Position numbers and translations under genes: made by a program
The notes under the pieces: generated by a model
What the model was told of the DNA's origin: nothing
What the model saw: the letters and a program-made list of their open reading frames with translations, nothing else
Database searches by the model: none
NCBI RefSeq assembly: GCF_054482525.1
Contig: NZ_CM137006.1
Length of the DNA stretch: 64,000 nt
Strand: one strand, 5' to 3'
Part shown: in pieces, positions 24,206-34,070 of the stretch
Numbering within the stretch: position 1 is the first letter of the stretch
Layout of the letters: every line of letters begins with the position of its first letter

Positions 24206-24415
24206 ATGGCTATTGCCGCAAGTTACACCATGCATCTCTATTGTGACTGCCGCCAGTGTACGGAAGGTGTATATCCAGTGCCAGACTTCGGTGAGTATAT
24301 CGGTACGTCATGGTCTGGTTGTGCAAAAGAGGCCCGTAAAGACGGGTGGCGAATAAGCGCCGACAAAACACGTGCTTTTGCGCCCGGGCATAAAGTTTTG
24401 AGGATTAACACATGA
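24206..24415 (+). CDS. Hypothetical small Cys-rich protein
   Basis: 69 aa from internal ATG of ORF 24164-24415. Confidence 0.3.
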   Translation: MAIAASYTMHLYCDCRQCTEGVYPVPDFGEYIGTSWSGCAKEARKDGWRISADKTRAFAPGHKVLRINT

Positions 24416-25215
24416 CCACTATTACCAAAGAACGTATTGAATTGTTCATTAAAAATCCGCTTGAAAACGGGCTTACTCGTGGCGAACAAATGGAACTGGC
24501 ACGAATTGCACTGGCATCACTGGAACGCGAACAGATTCGCCACGAGCATGCCAAATGGTCTGACTCCACATTTGGCTGCGTTGGCCCCATTGGTCCACTG
24601 AAACACCTCTCAAAAGAGGCACTGGAAGCCGCAGCCGAACCAGACGATCTTAGCGAGTGGGCTGATATGCAGTTTCTGTTGTGGGATGCACAGCGCCGTG
24701 CTGGCATCAGCGATGCTGAAATTAACGTTGCTATGGAAGATAAATTGAAGATCAACATGGAGCGCCAGTGGCCTGAGCCAAAAGATGGTGAGCCTCGCTT
24801 GCACATTAAAGAACCCGGCAACTCTCCGGTAATTCCGGATGGTTTATCCACGGTATGCGCTGAGGCTTATCAGGTTGTAGGAGTTATGGCAGATGCGCTT
24901 GGTGTATTCGGTGATGCAGCAGTACAGAACGTTCTGGATAACCTGTCACAGCAAAAACTTGTTCACAGAGATGTGCTGCCGTTCTCGCTTCCGGCAACTC
25001 CGGATGGTTGGATAAGCTGTAGTGATCTAATGCCGGAAGACACCAAAATGTTACTGGCATTTAGTCAAGGTGAAATCGTGGCAGCATATTGGAACTGGGT
25101 TGTAAATCCAATTGATTACAAAAAATATAGAGCTTTCACGTATTTATCAGGAAATATCTTGGATGACGTAACCCACTGGATGCCGCTACCAGAACCGCCG
25201 CAGGAGGTGAAGTGA
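24412..25215 (+). CDS. Phage protein with C-terminal DUF551-like domain
   Basis: 267 aa; C-terminal W-rich segment ending HWMPLPEPP. Confidence 0.5.
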   Translation: MTTITKERIELFIKNPLENGLTRGEQMELARIALASLEREQIRHEHAKWSDSTFGCVGPIGPLKHLSKEALEAAAEPDDLSEWADMQFLLWDAQRRAGISDAEINVAMEDKLKINMERQWPEPKDGEPRLHIKEPGNSPVIPDGLSTVCAEAYQVVGVMADALGVFGDAAVQNVLDNLSQQKLVHRDVLPFSLPATPDGWISCSDLMPEDTKMLLAFSQGEIVAAYWNWVVNPIDYKKYRAFTYLSGNILDDVTHWMPLPEPPQEVK

Positions 25216-25565
25216 TGGACTATTCACAGTTAAGTGATTTTGAAATTAACAGAATGGTAGGAGACATAATTTTTAAAGGCCTTTGGGCGTGTAAACCGGA
25301 AACATCAGGGAATAACACCAACAAATGGTATTACGGAAATACTGATACAACTTTTGAGCCATTAAACCCTTTACCTGACTACTGCAATAATCCATCGGAT
25401 GCATGGCCTATTATTGTTGATAATAAAATCAGTCTAACCTGCCACCAATCTCGCGGTGAGTGGTCAGCTGTTTTTAATGTCGAGAACATTTGCTTTCATG
25501 CGAATAATCCACTCCGAGCCGCCATGATTGTATTTCTCATGATGCAGGAAAATCAGAATGGCTAA
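25212..25565 (+). CDS. Hypothetical phage protein (NinX/DUF2591-like?)
   Basis: 117 aa ORF; weak recall only. Confidence 0.35.
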   Translation: MMDYSQLSDFEINRMVGDIIFKGLWACKPETSGNNTNKWYYGNTDTTFEPLNPLPDYCNNPSDAWPIIVDNKISLTCHQSRGEWSAVFNVENICFHANNPLRAAMIVFLMMQENQNG

Positions 25566-25896
25566 ATCAGCAGCAGAGCGCAAAGCCGCTCAGAGAGCCA
25601 GACAAGCTGCATCTGGTGTGCGTAAGCTGGAGATTGTGCTTGATGCTCAGGAAATTGAAATGCTTGAGCGTAACTGTGCCGCACGTCGCCCCGGGCGTGC
25701 GCCTTACGAATTTGGTGAGTATATAGCGTTACTGATCCGCCAGGATGATGCACGCGTGCGCGGGCGTATAAAATCGATCAGTAGAAAACGTTGCGGTAAG
25801 TGCGGCGAGAGAGTTCCCGTTAATTCATGCCCGTGTAATGGTGACTCGCAATGCTGGGTGACTAAAGGCTGGTATGAAACGAAATTAATAGTGTGA
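25558..25896 (+). CDS. Hypothetical protein with C-terminal zinc-ribbon; candidate late-gene regulator
   Basis: 112 aa; CGKCG...CPCNGDSQC; last gene before late operon. Confidence 0.3.
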   Translation: MAKSAAERKAAQRARQAASGVRKLEIVLDAQEIEMLERNCAARRPGRAPYEFGEYIALLIRQDDARVRGRIKSISRKRCGKCGERVPVNSCPCNGDSQCWVTKGWYETKLIV

Positions 25897-25982
25897 CATG
25901 TCACGAGTAGATTATGCATGATGAATTTGACGGGTTTTGAATACTGCCGCCAACTATGGCGGCTTTATTTTGCATGGTACTA

Positions 25983-26015
25983 TTACCACAACGGTAACTA
26001 TTACCACGGTGGTTA
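25983..26015. promoter_or_regulatory. Tandem TTACC-N5-GGTAA sites abutting terminase small subunit start
   Basis: TTACCacaacGGTAA (25983-25997) and TTACCacggtGGTtA (26001-26015). Confidence 0.45.
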
Positions 26016-26611
26016 TGATGCCTGCTGAACCTAAAACCTATAAACGCAAATCAACGCAATTTAAGCCACTAACAGCAATGCAGGAGGCTTATTGCCAGTC
26101 ATACATCAAAACGCCTGAAAACCAGACTCAGGCAGCGATTAACGCAGGATTCTCCCCAAATACAGCGGCAGTTAAAGCCAGTGTCATGATGCGCGATGAA
26201 CGCATTCAGAAACGGATTGCCGAGTTGATGGAGGAGCGCAACAAACGAATGCGCGTCAGTGCTGATTACGTTCTCATGCGCCTGGTGGAGATCGACCAGA
26301 TGGACGTTATCGACATCCTCAACGACGATGGGAGCCTTAAACCAATCCGTGAGTGGCCGAAAATCTGGCGCACTACGCTTAGTGGCTTTGATCTGTCATC
26401 GACCATCATGAACATGAACGAGGATTCGATAGAGACAATCCTCAAAAAAATTAAATGGCCTGACAAGGTGAAGAACCTTGAGCTGATTGGTAAGCATGTT
26501 GATGTCAATGCGTTCAAAGAACGTCTGGATGTTAATGTGAATGTGACAATTGCTGATCGCATAGCGGCAGCCAGGAAGAGACTGAAAGAACGTCAGGATG
26601 GCAATCAGTGA
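26015..26611 (+). CDS. Terminase small subunit
   Basis: Start placed at MMPAEPK within ORF 25937-26611; HTH-like N-terminal region; precedes large subunit with 4-nt overlap. Confidence 0.6.
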   Translation: MMPAEPKTYKRKSTQFKPLTAMQEAYCQSYIKTPENQTQAAINAGFSPNTAAVKASVMMRDERIQKRIAELMEERNKRMRVSADYVLMRLVEIDQMDVIDILNDDGSLKPIREWPKIWRTTLSGFDLSSTIMNMNEDSIETILKKIKWPDKVKNLELIGKHVDVNAFKERLDVNVNVTIADRIAAARKRLKERQDGNQ

Positions 26612-28083
26612 CAGATACAGCGTTATCTCCTGAAGAGCAGTTAATTGAGGATATTGCAGGGTTCACTCACGATCCGCTTGGCTATGCCCTCTATGCGTTC
26701 CCGTGGGGGGAAGAGGGGACTGAACTGGCACATGCTACCGGCCCACGTCAGTGGCAGGCCGATGCGTTCCGAGAGATACGTGATCACCTGCAGAATCCAG
26801 AGACGCGTTATCAGCCGCTTATGCTGGCACGTGCTTCTGGTCACGGTATTGGTAAATCCGCATTCATCTCAATGCTCATCAACTGGGGCATGTCCACTTG
26901 CGAGGATTGTAAGGTCGTGGTGACCGCCAACACCGACAACCAGCTACGAACGAAGACCTGGCCGGAAATTATCAAGTGGTCGAACCTTGCTATCACGAAA
27001 GACTGGTTTACCTGTACCGCTACCGCGATGTACAGCAATGACCCTGGGCACGACAAGCGGTGGCGGGCTGACGCAATACCCTGGTCTGAGCACAACACTG
27101 AGGCATTCGCCGGACTACACAACGAGCGCAAACGCATCATCGTGGTGTTTGATGAAGCGTCGAACATTGCGGATCTGGTGTGGGAAGTTGCCGAGGGTGC
27201 GCTTACGGACGAAGACACTGAGATTATTTGGGTGGCGTTCGGAAACCCTACACGTAACACCGGGCGTTTTCGCGAATGTTTCCGCAAATATAAACACCGC
27301 TGGAAAACTGCGCAGATTGACAGCCGGACGGTGGAAGGCACTAACAAACAGCAGTTGCAGAAATGGGTTGATGACTACGGGGAAGACAGCGACTTCGTTA
27401 AAATCCGTGTGCGTGGCATATTCCCTGATGCATCTGAATTGCAGTTTATCCCTACCGGTCTTACTGACGAGGCAATGAAACGGGTGGTAACCGCTGCGCA
27501 GGTTGCACATGCTCCGGTGATAATCGGCGTTGACCCGGCATACTCCGGCGTTGATGACGCTGTGATATACCTGCGGCAGGGGCTACACAGTAAGGTGCTG
27601 TGGACTGGCAACAAGACTACCGACGATCTGATTATGGCGAAGCGTATCGCTGACTTTGAAGACCAGTATCAGGCTGACGCGGTGTTCATCGACTTCGGTT
27701 ACGGAACCGGTTTGAAGTCAATCGGTGACGGCTGGGGTCGTACATGGCAACTTGTTCCGTTCGGTGGCGCGTCTACTGACCCGCAGATGCTCAACAAGCG
27801 TGGGGAGATGTTCAACTCATGCAAGACATGGCTGAGGCTCGGTGGCATGCTGGATGACCAGGAAACAGCGGACGACCTGTCGGCAGCAGAGTACAAAGTT
27901 CGAGTGGACGGTAAAATCGTTATCGAACCGAAGGAAGATATCAAAGAGCGACTTGGGCGTTCTCCTGGTAAAGGCGATGCGCTACTGCTGACGTTTGCGT
28001 TCCCTGTGTCGAAGCGTCTGCGAATTCCCGGTCAGCAGAACCAGCAAGGCAAGGCCATCACAGATTACGATCCCTATGCTTAA
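26608..28083 (+). CDS. Terminase large subunit
   Basis: 491 aa; Walker A-like GHGIGKS; ATPase-nuclease architecture. Confidence 0.8.
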   Translation: MTDTALSPEEQLIEDIAGFTHDPLGYALYAFPWGEEGTELAHATGPRQWQADAFREIRDHLQNPETRYQPLMLARASGHGIGKSAFISMLINWGMSTCEDCKVVVTANTDNQLRTKTWPEIIKWSNLAITKDWFTCTATAMYSNDPGHDKRWRADAIPWSEHNTEAFAGLHNERKRIIVVFDEASNIADLVWEVAEGALTDEDTEIIWVAFGNPTRNTGRFRECFRKYKHRWKTAQIDSRTVEGTNKQQLQKWVDDYGEDSDFVKIRVRGIFPDASELQFIPTGLTDEAMKRVVTAAQVAHAPVIIGVDPAYSGVDDAVIYLRQGLHSKVLWTGNKTTDDLIMAKRIADFEDQYQADAVFIDFGYGTGLKSIGDGWGRTWQLVPFGGASTDPQMLNKRGEMFNSCKTWLRLGGMLDDQETADDLSAAEYKVRVDGKIVIEPKEDIKERLGRSPGKGDALLLTFAFPVSKRLRIPGQQNQQGKAITDYDPYA

Positions 28084-28173
28084 TCCGCTGGTGGGGATAA
28101 TGTCGTTGATATCCTCTGGTGAGGATAAAACAAAGCCAGCTCATAGGCTGGCTGTTTGTGACATGTCACAGAG

Positions 28174-28596
28174 CTAGAAAATAATTTCATCAAATGCAGC
28201 ATTTATTGCCTTTGCTTCGCTAATGGCGCCTTGTTTATCGACAATAGCTTTTTTACCAAGCACCTCGGCAAGGCACTGTAGCTTCATGTTGTATAAGTGT
28301 TCGCTCATGTAATCATTATCACTTTTTGCTTTAGCGCAAACAGAGCGAGAAATATCAAACACATCGCCTTTTTCCATTTCAGAACGTTGTGCTGTTATCC
28401 AGTCATGGAACGTAACGCTAGTACCATGGTCTTCGCTAAGAGTTAACCCGGTCAGTCCCTCACTCTGAATTACTTCGTAATGCATTTCATTACCAGCAAA
28501 AACGCCATAAAAAACGCAGTCTTCAGCCTGAACGATACGAGAATATTTTAATGGCCATTCATTTAGATACTTAGCCAACATATCAATTGTTTTCAT
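28174..28596 (-). CDS. Hypothetical protein (moron, opposite strand inside late region)
   Basis: 140 aa ORF antisense to the late operon, downstream of tRNA-Arg on same strand. Confidence 0.45.
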   Translation of the reverse strand: MKTIDMLAKYLNEWPLKYSRIVQAEDCVFYGVFAGNEMHYEVIQSEGLTGLTLSEDHGTSVTFHDWITAQRSEMEKGDVFDISRSVCAKAKSDNDYMSEHLYNMKLQCLAEVLGKKAIVDKQGAISEAKAINAAFDEIIF

Positions 28597-28794
28597 GATC
28601 TCACCTTAAAAAAATGCCCGGCGAACCGGGCGAACTGGAAGCAATGAGTTATGCCTTCCGTGGCTGTACGGGTTTACAGCATGAAGTCATCGCAATGGCG
28701 TCCTGCTGTAAAAAGGGCGGTGATAGTCCTTCAAGGGAAACCATCACCGCCAAGCACCTGGAACTTCTGGCATCACGGTCCTTAGGCGTGATTC

Positions 28795-28871
28795 TGGCGC
28801 GGCATGCAGGATTCGAACCTGCGACCAACCGCTTAGAAGGCGGTTGCTCTGTCCAACTGAGCTAATGCCAC
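28795..28871 (-). tRNA. tRNA-Arg (anticodon UCU), phage-encoded
   Basis: Hand-folded cloverleaf: 7-bp acceptor stem, D-arm GCTC/GAGC, anticodon loop CTTCTAA, T-arm GCAGG-TTCGAAT-CCTGC, 3' CCA encoded. Confidence 0.85.
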
Positions 28872-29193
28872 AACGCTGAGAGCACTTAGCCTGTTAAGGC
28901 GCCACACTTTGTCGCGGCTCCATAAATGCTCTCATCGTTGTACCCTCGTCTCTTCCGAGGTGTCACACCGAATCGCCGGGATGGTGAATCCCCGTGCGCG
29001 GAATAAAACCGCTCGACTTGCACATTCCGGCTACCTGGTTCGTTTGCCCGAGCAAGGGAGGGTGCCCCTTAAACGTATCCAGACCGCTATCGGCGCATGT
29101 GCCATACGCCGTACTGCTCAAAATAAAAGCTCACCCCACCTGTTCAATTTAACGACAAGCCAGTCAGATTAGTAACTGGAGTGAATTCTTTGG

Positions 29194-29208
29194 TTACCTG
29201 AAAGGTAA
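29194..29208. promoter_or_regulatory. TTACC-N5-GGTAA motif upstream of portal region
   Basis: TTACCtgaaaGGTAA. Confidence 0.45.
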
Positions 29209-29298
29209 TAATTCGTGCGTTAAATGTCAACTGTCTACGATAAATAAATCATATGTGGTTAAATTGGTAATAATTTAATTGCGTACGGAGTCATTGAT

Positions 29299-29505
29299 AT
29301 GTGCATGGGTAGCTCACCATCAGTGCCTGCAACACCAGAAGTTCAGGCAGCACCACAGGAGCAGGATGCCGCCGTTGTTGATGCCCGCGACGAAGAAACT
29401 CGTCGCCGTCGCGCTGCTGCTGGTCGTAGTTCTACGCTGCTTACCGGTTCTCAGGGCGACACATCAACCGCTAATACCAGCGGTAAAACGCTGCTTGGTC
29501 AGTAA
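29299..29505 (+). CDS. Small hypothetical protein upstream of portal
   Basis: 68 aa ORF with RBS GGAG; Ala/Arg-rich. Confidence 0.35.
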   Translation: MCMGSSPSVPATPEVQAAPQEQDAAVVDARDEETRRRRAAAGRSSTLLTGSQGDTSTANTSGKTLLGQ

Positions 29506-29519
29506 CCGGAGTCATTGAA

Positions 29520-31199
29520 ATGGCGGAAACAACTAAAGAGCGATTGAACAAACAGTTCGCACAACTTGAAAGCGAGCGTCAGTCGTTCGAGCCGCACTGG
29601 CGCGAGTTGAGTGATTACATCAACCCGCGTGGTTCCCGCTTTCTGACTTCTGAGGTCAACCGTAACGATCGGCGCAATACACGCATTATTGATTCGACCG
29701 GGACTATGGCGGCGCGCACTCTCGCCAGCGGCATGATGTCAGGCATCACAAGCCCCGCGCGTCCGTGGTTTCGCCTGGCTACGCCAGATCCTGAAATGAT
29801 GGATTATGGCCCTGTTAAGTTGTGGCTTGAGGCAGTTCAGAACCGCATGAACGATATGTTCAATAAGTCGAATCTCTACCAGTCTCTTCCGCAGTTATAC
29901 GGAAGCCTCGGCACATACAGCACTGGTGCAATGGCAGTGCTGGAGGATGACGAGGACATCATTCGCACAATGCCATTCCCGATAGGCAGTTACTACCTGG
30001 CTAACTCACCTCGTGGCAGTGTTGACACCTGTTTTCGCAAGTTCTCTATGACTGTTCGTCAGCTTGTTCAGGAGTTCGGGCTAAATAACGTCAGCGAATC
30101 CGTAAAAAGCATGTGGGAAAGCGGCACCTACGAGAAGTGGATCGAAGTGATGCATTCGGTTTACCCGAACATTGACCGCGATACATCGAAGCTGGATAGC
30201 AAGAACAAGCCATTCAAATCGGTTTATTACGAGGTTGGTGGAGATAACGACAAGTTGTTGCGTGAGTCCGGATTCGATGAGTTTCCAATTATGGCTCCGC
30301 GCTGGGAAGTTAACGGCGAAGATGTTTATGGATCATCATGCCCGGGTATGCTGGCGCTTGGACCTGTTAAGGCATTGCAGCTTCTCCAGAAGCGCAAGTC
30401 GCAGTTGATTGATAAAGCCACCAATCCGCCGATGGTTGCTCCGACTTCCCTCAAGAATCAGCGCGCCTCCCTTCTTCCTGGCGACATCACGTATATCGAT
30501 CAGATTACTGGTCAGGATGGCTTCAGGCCTGCTTATCTGGTTAACCCCAGTACAGCAGATTTGGTGGCAGACATTCAGGACACTCGTCAAATCATTAACA
30601 GCGCCTACTTTGTCGATCTGTTCATGATGTTGCAGAACATCAATACCCGCTCGATGCCTGTTGAAGCGGTGATCGAAATGAAAGAAGAAAAACTTCTGAT
30701 GTTGGGGCCGGTTCTGGAGCGTCTGAACGACGAATGTCTTAATCCTCTCATTGACCGCGCTTTCTCGATGATGGTGCGCAAAAACATGCTGCCGCCACCG
30801 CCTGACGCGATGGAAGGCATGCCCCTGAAGGTCGAATACATTTCCGTCATGGCTCAGGCGCAGAAGTCTATCGGCCTGTCCAGTCTGGCGTCCACGGTTA
30901 ACTTCATTGGTCAACTTGCGCAAGCGAAACCAGAAGCTCTCGACAAACTCAACGTTGATCAGGCGATCGATGCATTCGCTGATATGTCCGGAGTGTCTCC
31001 AACCGTCATTGTTCCGCAGGAACAGGTTGAGCAGGCTCGCCAGCAACGGGCACAGCAACAACAGCAGCAACAAATGATGGCGATGGGGATGGCGGCGGCA
31101 CAGGGGGCCAAGACGCTAAGCGAAGCTAAAACTTCGGATCCGAGTGTGTTGTCAGCTATGGCGAATGCAGTTAGTGGTCAGGGTGGGCAATCACAATGA
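29520..31199 (+). CDS. Portal protein
   Basis: 559 aa; position after terminase; C-terminal Gln-rich tail. Confidence 0.7.
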   Translation: MAETTKERLNKQFAQLESERQSFEPHWRELSDYINPRGSRFLTSEVNRNDRRNTRIIDSTGTMAARTLASGMMSGITSPARPWFRLATPDPEMMDYGPVKLWLEAVQNRMNDMFNKSNLYQSLPQLYGSLGTYSTGAMAVLEDDEDIIRTMPFPIGSYYLANSPRGSVDTCFRKFSMTVRQLVQEFGLNNVSESVKSMWESGTYEKWIEVMHSVYPNIDRDTSKLDSKNKPFKSVYYEVGGDNDKLLRESGFDEFPIMAPRWEVNGEDVYGSSCPGMLALGPVKALQLLQKRKSQLIDKATNPPMVAPTSLKNQRASLLPGDITYIDQITGQDGFRPAYLVNPSTADLVADIQDTRQIINSAYFVDLFMMLQNINTRSMPVEAVIEMKEEKLLMLGPVLERLNDECLNPLIDRAFSMMVRKNMLPPPPDAMEGMPLKVEYISVMAQAQKSIGLSSLASTVNFIGQLAQAKPEALDKLNVDQAIDAFADMSGVSPTVIVPQEQVEQARQQRAQQQQQQQMMAMGMAAAQGAKTLSEAKTSDPSVLSAMANAVSGQGGQSQ

Positions 31200-31492
31200 C
31201 AGATTACGAAGACGATCAACTGAAAGAAGAAAACGCCCGTAAGCAACGTGACATGGCGCAGCGTGAAATTGATGACATTCGCTTTGTCATGAGCAGTGAA
31301 CAGGGGCGTCGCGTTGTCTGGTCGGTGCTGGAGAAAGGCCGTGTGTTTTCCGCTATCTCACCGATGGACGCTATGGCAATGGCATTTAATGAGGGGCAAC
31401 GCAATCTGGCGCTGGAACTGTTTCAGCGCGTTATGGCGCATTGCCCTGAACAGTATTTGAAGATGGCCAAAGAGGCCAGTGAACAGGAGTGA
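31196..31492 (+). CDS. Hypothetical head-assembly protein
   Basis: 98 aa ORF overlapping portal stop. Confidence 0.4.
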   Translation: MTDYEDDQLKEENARKQRDMAQREIDDIRFVMSSEQGRRVVWSVLEKGRVFSAISPMDAMAMAFNEGQRNLALELFQRVMAHCPEQYLKMAKEASEQE

Positions 31493-32190
31493 TCATGAAT
31501 TTATTTGAGCGTTTGCTGTATCGCCGTCTTTGCAATGAGCAACCAGTCGATGGTGGAGCAGCTCCGGCTGCGTCAGAACCGTCAGCGCCTGCAGGTGATA
31601 ACCATGCTCCAGTTGGTGATCCATCACAACCGGAAGGTGATAAGTCACAACCTGTTGCTGATGGCGATAAACCTGCTGATGACAAAAATCCTGAAAACGA
31701 TAAGCAGGATGAAAAAAAGGACGGCGATAAACCAGAGGGTGCGCCTGAGAAGTACGAGTTTCAGGCTGCCGAAGGCGTAGAGCTGGATACAGAAGCGTTG
31801 AAGGAATTCGAGCCGGTGGCGCGAGAACTAAACCTGACCAACGAGCAAGCGCAAAAGCTGGTTGATGCTTATCCGAAGATTCTGGCAGGTGTTCAGCAGC
31901 GCCAGGTAGAAGCCTGGCAGAAAACAACCGAGCAGTGGGCTGCGGATGTAAAAGCTGACAAAGAAATCGGTGGCGACAAGTTGATTTCTAACCTTAGCGC
32001 CGCACAGCGTGCGCTTGACCAGTTCGGGACACCTGAACTCAAAGAATATCTGAACACCACCGGGCTGGGTAATCACCCTGATCTGGTCAAAACGTTCGTG
32101 AAAATCGGAAAGGCGATGTCTGAAGATGGCATGGTCACCGGTGGTAATGAAGGCCAGCGTAGTGCGGCCGAAGTGCTCTATGGCAAATAA
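31489..32190 (+). CDS. Scaffolding protein
   Basis: 233 aa, acidic, low complexity, immediately upstream of capsid gene. Confidence 0.55.
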   Translation: MIMNLFERLLYRRLCNEQPVDGGAAPAASEPSAPAGDNHAPVGDPSQPEGDKSQPVADGDKPADDKNPENDKQDEKKDGDKPEGAPEKYEFQAAEGVELDTEALKEFEPVARELNLTNEQAQKLVDAYPKILAGVQQRQVEAWQKTTEQWAADVKADKEIGGDKLISNLSAAQRALDQFGTPELKEYLNTTGLGNHPDLVKTFVKIGKAMSEDGMVTGGNEGQRSAAEVLYGK

Positions 32191-32198
32191 GAGAGGAA

Positions 32199-33191
32199 AT
32201 GACAATGGCTGTTAAAGGCTTAACTGCGCTAACGCTGGCTGACTGGGGTAAGCGCGTCGATCCAAACGGGAAAGTCGATAAGATTATCGAGCTTCTCGGT
32301 CAAACTAACCCGATCCTTCAGGATATGCCTTTTGTCGAAGGGAACCTTCCTACCGGACACCGAACCACTATTCGTTCTGGTTTACCTTCAGCTACCTGGC
32401 GTTTGCTGAACTATGGCGTACAGCCAAGCAAATCAACCACAGTGCAGGTAACCGATTCCGTTGGCATGCTGGAAACCTATGCGGAAGTCGATAAGTCACT
32501 GGCTGATCTGAACGGCAATACCGCCGAATTCCGCCTGTCTGAAGACCGCGCATTTATTGAAGCGATGAATCAGCAGATGGCGCAGACGCTGTTTTATGGT
32601 GATTCCAGCGTTAACCCTCAGCAGTTTATGGGACTGTCCTCCCGCTATTCCAGCCTGTCTGCGGGTAATGCTCAGAATATCATTGATGCTGGTGGCACGG
32701 GTACAGATAACACCTCAATCTGGTTAGTGGTGTGGGGCGAAAACACCGTGCATGGCATCTTCCCGAAAGGGCAGAAGGCTGGCATCCAGATGGAAGATAA
32801 AGGCCAGGTGACACTGGAAGATGCTAATGGCGGCAAGTACGAAGGCTATCGCACCCATTACAAATGGGATAACGGACTTGCTCTGCGTGACTGGCGTTAT
32901 GTTGTTCGCATTGCAAACATCGATGTCAGCAATCTTTCAGAACCATCCTCTGCCGCAAATATTGCGAAGTTGATGGTTAAAGCACTACATCGCATTCCAA
33001 ACCGTGGCATGGGCCGCCCGGTGTTCTACATGAACCGCACTGTAGGCCAGGCTCTTGATCTGCAGTCTCTGGAGAAAACATCTCTGGCTATCAGCGTAAA
33101 AGAGACAGAAGGCGAGTGGTGGACTTCATTCCGTGGTGTACCAATCCGTGAAACTGATGCGCTTCTGGAAACAGAAGCCCGCGTGGTGTAA
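32199..33191 (+). CDS. Major capsid protein
   Basis: 330 aa; position after scaffold; followed by hairpin. Confidence 0.65.
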   Translation: MTMAVKGLTALTLADWGKRVDPNGKVDKIIELLGQTNPILQDMPFVEGNLPTGHRTTIRSGLPSATWRLLNYGVQPSKSTTVQVTDSVGMLETYAEVDKSLADLNGNTAEFRLSEDRAFIEAMNQQMAQTLFYGDSSVNPQQFMGLSSRYSSLSAGNAQNIIDAGGTGTDNTSIWLVVWGENTVHGIFPKGQKAGIQMEDKGQVTLEDANGGKYEGYRTHYKWDNGLALRDWRYVVRIANIDVSNLSEPSSAANIAKLMVKALHRIPNRGMGRPVFYMNRTVGQALDLQSLEKTSLAISVKETEGEWWTSFRGVPIRETDALLETEARVV

Positions 33192-33242
33192 CGCCTGTTA
33201 TTAACCTGTGGGTCGTAACAGACCCACTAATGGAGAAAGAAG

Positions 33243-33680
33243 ATGATCACCGACAAACTGTTGATGTTCTCCGAAGCTCAGGCGGTTACGAATACCGCGG
33301 CTTCTACTGACGTAATCGATCTCGGTCCAATTGACGGAAAACGTCGTGATATCGGCGTGGGTTACCCGCTTGAGTTTTGGGTGCTGGTTAACGCAGCCGC
33401 CGCAGCAAGCGGTGATGCAACTGTAAACATCCAGTTGCAGACGAGTGAGAATAACACCTCATGGACCACTATTTATGATAGTGGCGCACTGGTAAAGACC
33501 GCCCTGACAGCAGGTAAACGAGTTGTTTCTGCAAAGGTGCCTGCCGGTGTTCAGCGATATCTGCGTGTTAACTACTCCGTCGCAACTGGCCCACTAACGG
33601 CTGGCGAATTCACTGCTGGTATCAGTCTTGATGTTGATGCCAATACGCCGTATCCGATCCGCTCAAAAGTAACTGGTTAA
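33243..33680 (+). CDS. Virion-associated hypothetical protein
   Basis: 145 aa ORF in late operon. Confidence 0.4.
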   Translation: MITDKLLMFSEAQAVTNTAASTDVIDLGPIDGKRRDIGVGYPLEFWVLVNAAAAASGDATVNIQLQTSENNTSWTTIYDSGALVKTALTAGKRVVSAKVPAGVQRYLRVNYSVATGPLTAGEFTAGISLDVDANTPYPIRSKVTG

Positions 33681-33681
33681 G

Positions 33682-34026
33682 GTGATATCGATGTCAGGTG
33701 AGAAACCAAGATACCGCGTTCTGCGCCTCTCTCATATCCATAACACTCTGTGGCCGGAGGGGGCAGAAATCGAATACGAAGGTGAGCCTGGTAGCGCACT
33801 GGAACCTGTTAACGATGCAGCCAGACAGGCAAAAGCAAAAGTTGCAGGAAAGGTGTCAATGGCAGCAACCAGCACCAAAATCATCAACGATGTGTCAGAT
33901 GATGGTGAACTGGATAAGCTCCGTGAAGAGTACGAATTGCTCTTTAACGAGAAGCCACACCATAACGCCAAAGCTGAAACGCTCCGCGAGAAGATCGCAG
34001 ATAAGCGTAAAGAACTGGGCGTGTAA
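33682..34026 (+). CDS. Virion-associated hypothetical protein
   Basis: 114 aa ORF. Confidence 0.4.
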   Translation: MISMSGEKPRYRVLRLSHIHNTLWPEGAEIEYEGEPGSALEPVNDAARQAKAKVAGKVSMAATSTKIINDVSDDGELDKLREEYELLFNEKPHHNAKAETLREKIADKRKELGV

Positions 34027-34043
34027 GCCTCGCGAATCAGACA

Positions 34044-34064
34044 AGGGGCTTCGGCCCCTTTATT
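34044..34064 (+). terminator. Intra-operon rho-independent terminator/attenuator
   Basis: AGGGGC-ttcg-GCCCCT followed by TTATT. Confidence 0.5.
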
Positions 34065-34070
34065 GCAGGA

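Noticed and set aside
28614-28865. 83-aa plus-strand ORF overlapping the tRNA-Arg gene
   Set aside because: Overlaps the opposite-strand tRNA and has no RBS; the tRNA cloverleaf is the better explanation of this sequence.
28909-29172. 87-aa ORF and possible second tRNA in the GC-rich segment after tRNA-Arg
   Set aside because: Could not fold a second cloverleaf by hand and the ORF lacks an RBS and has odd composition; left as unexplained non-coding sequence noted under the tRNA finding.
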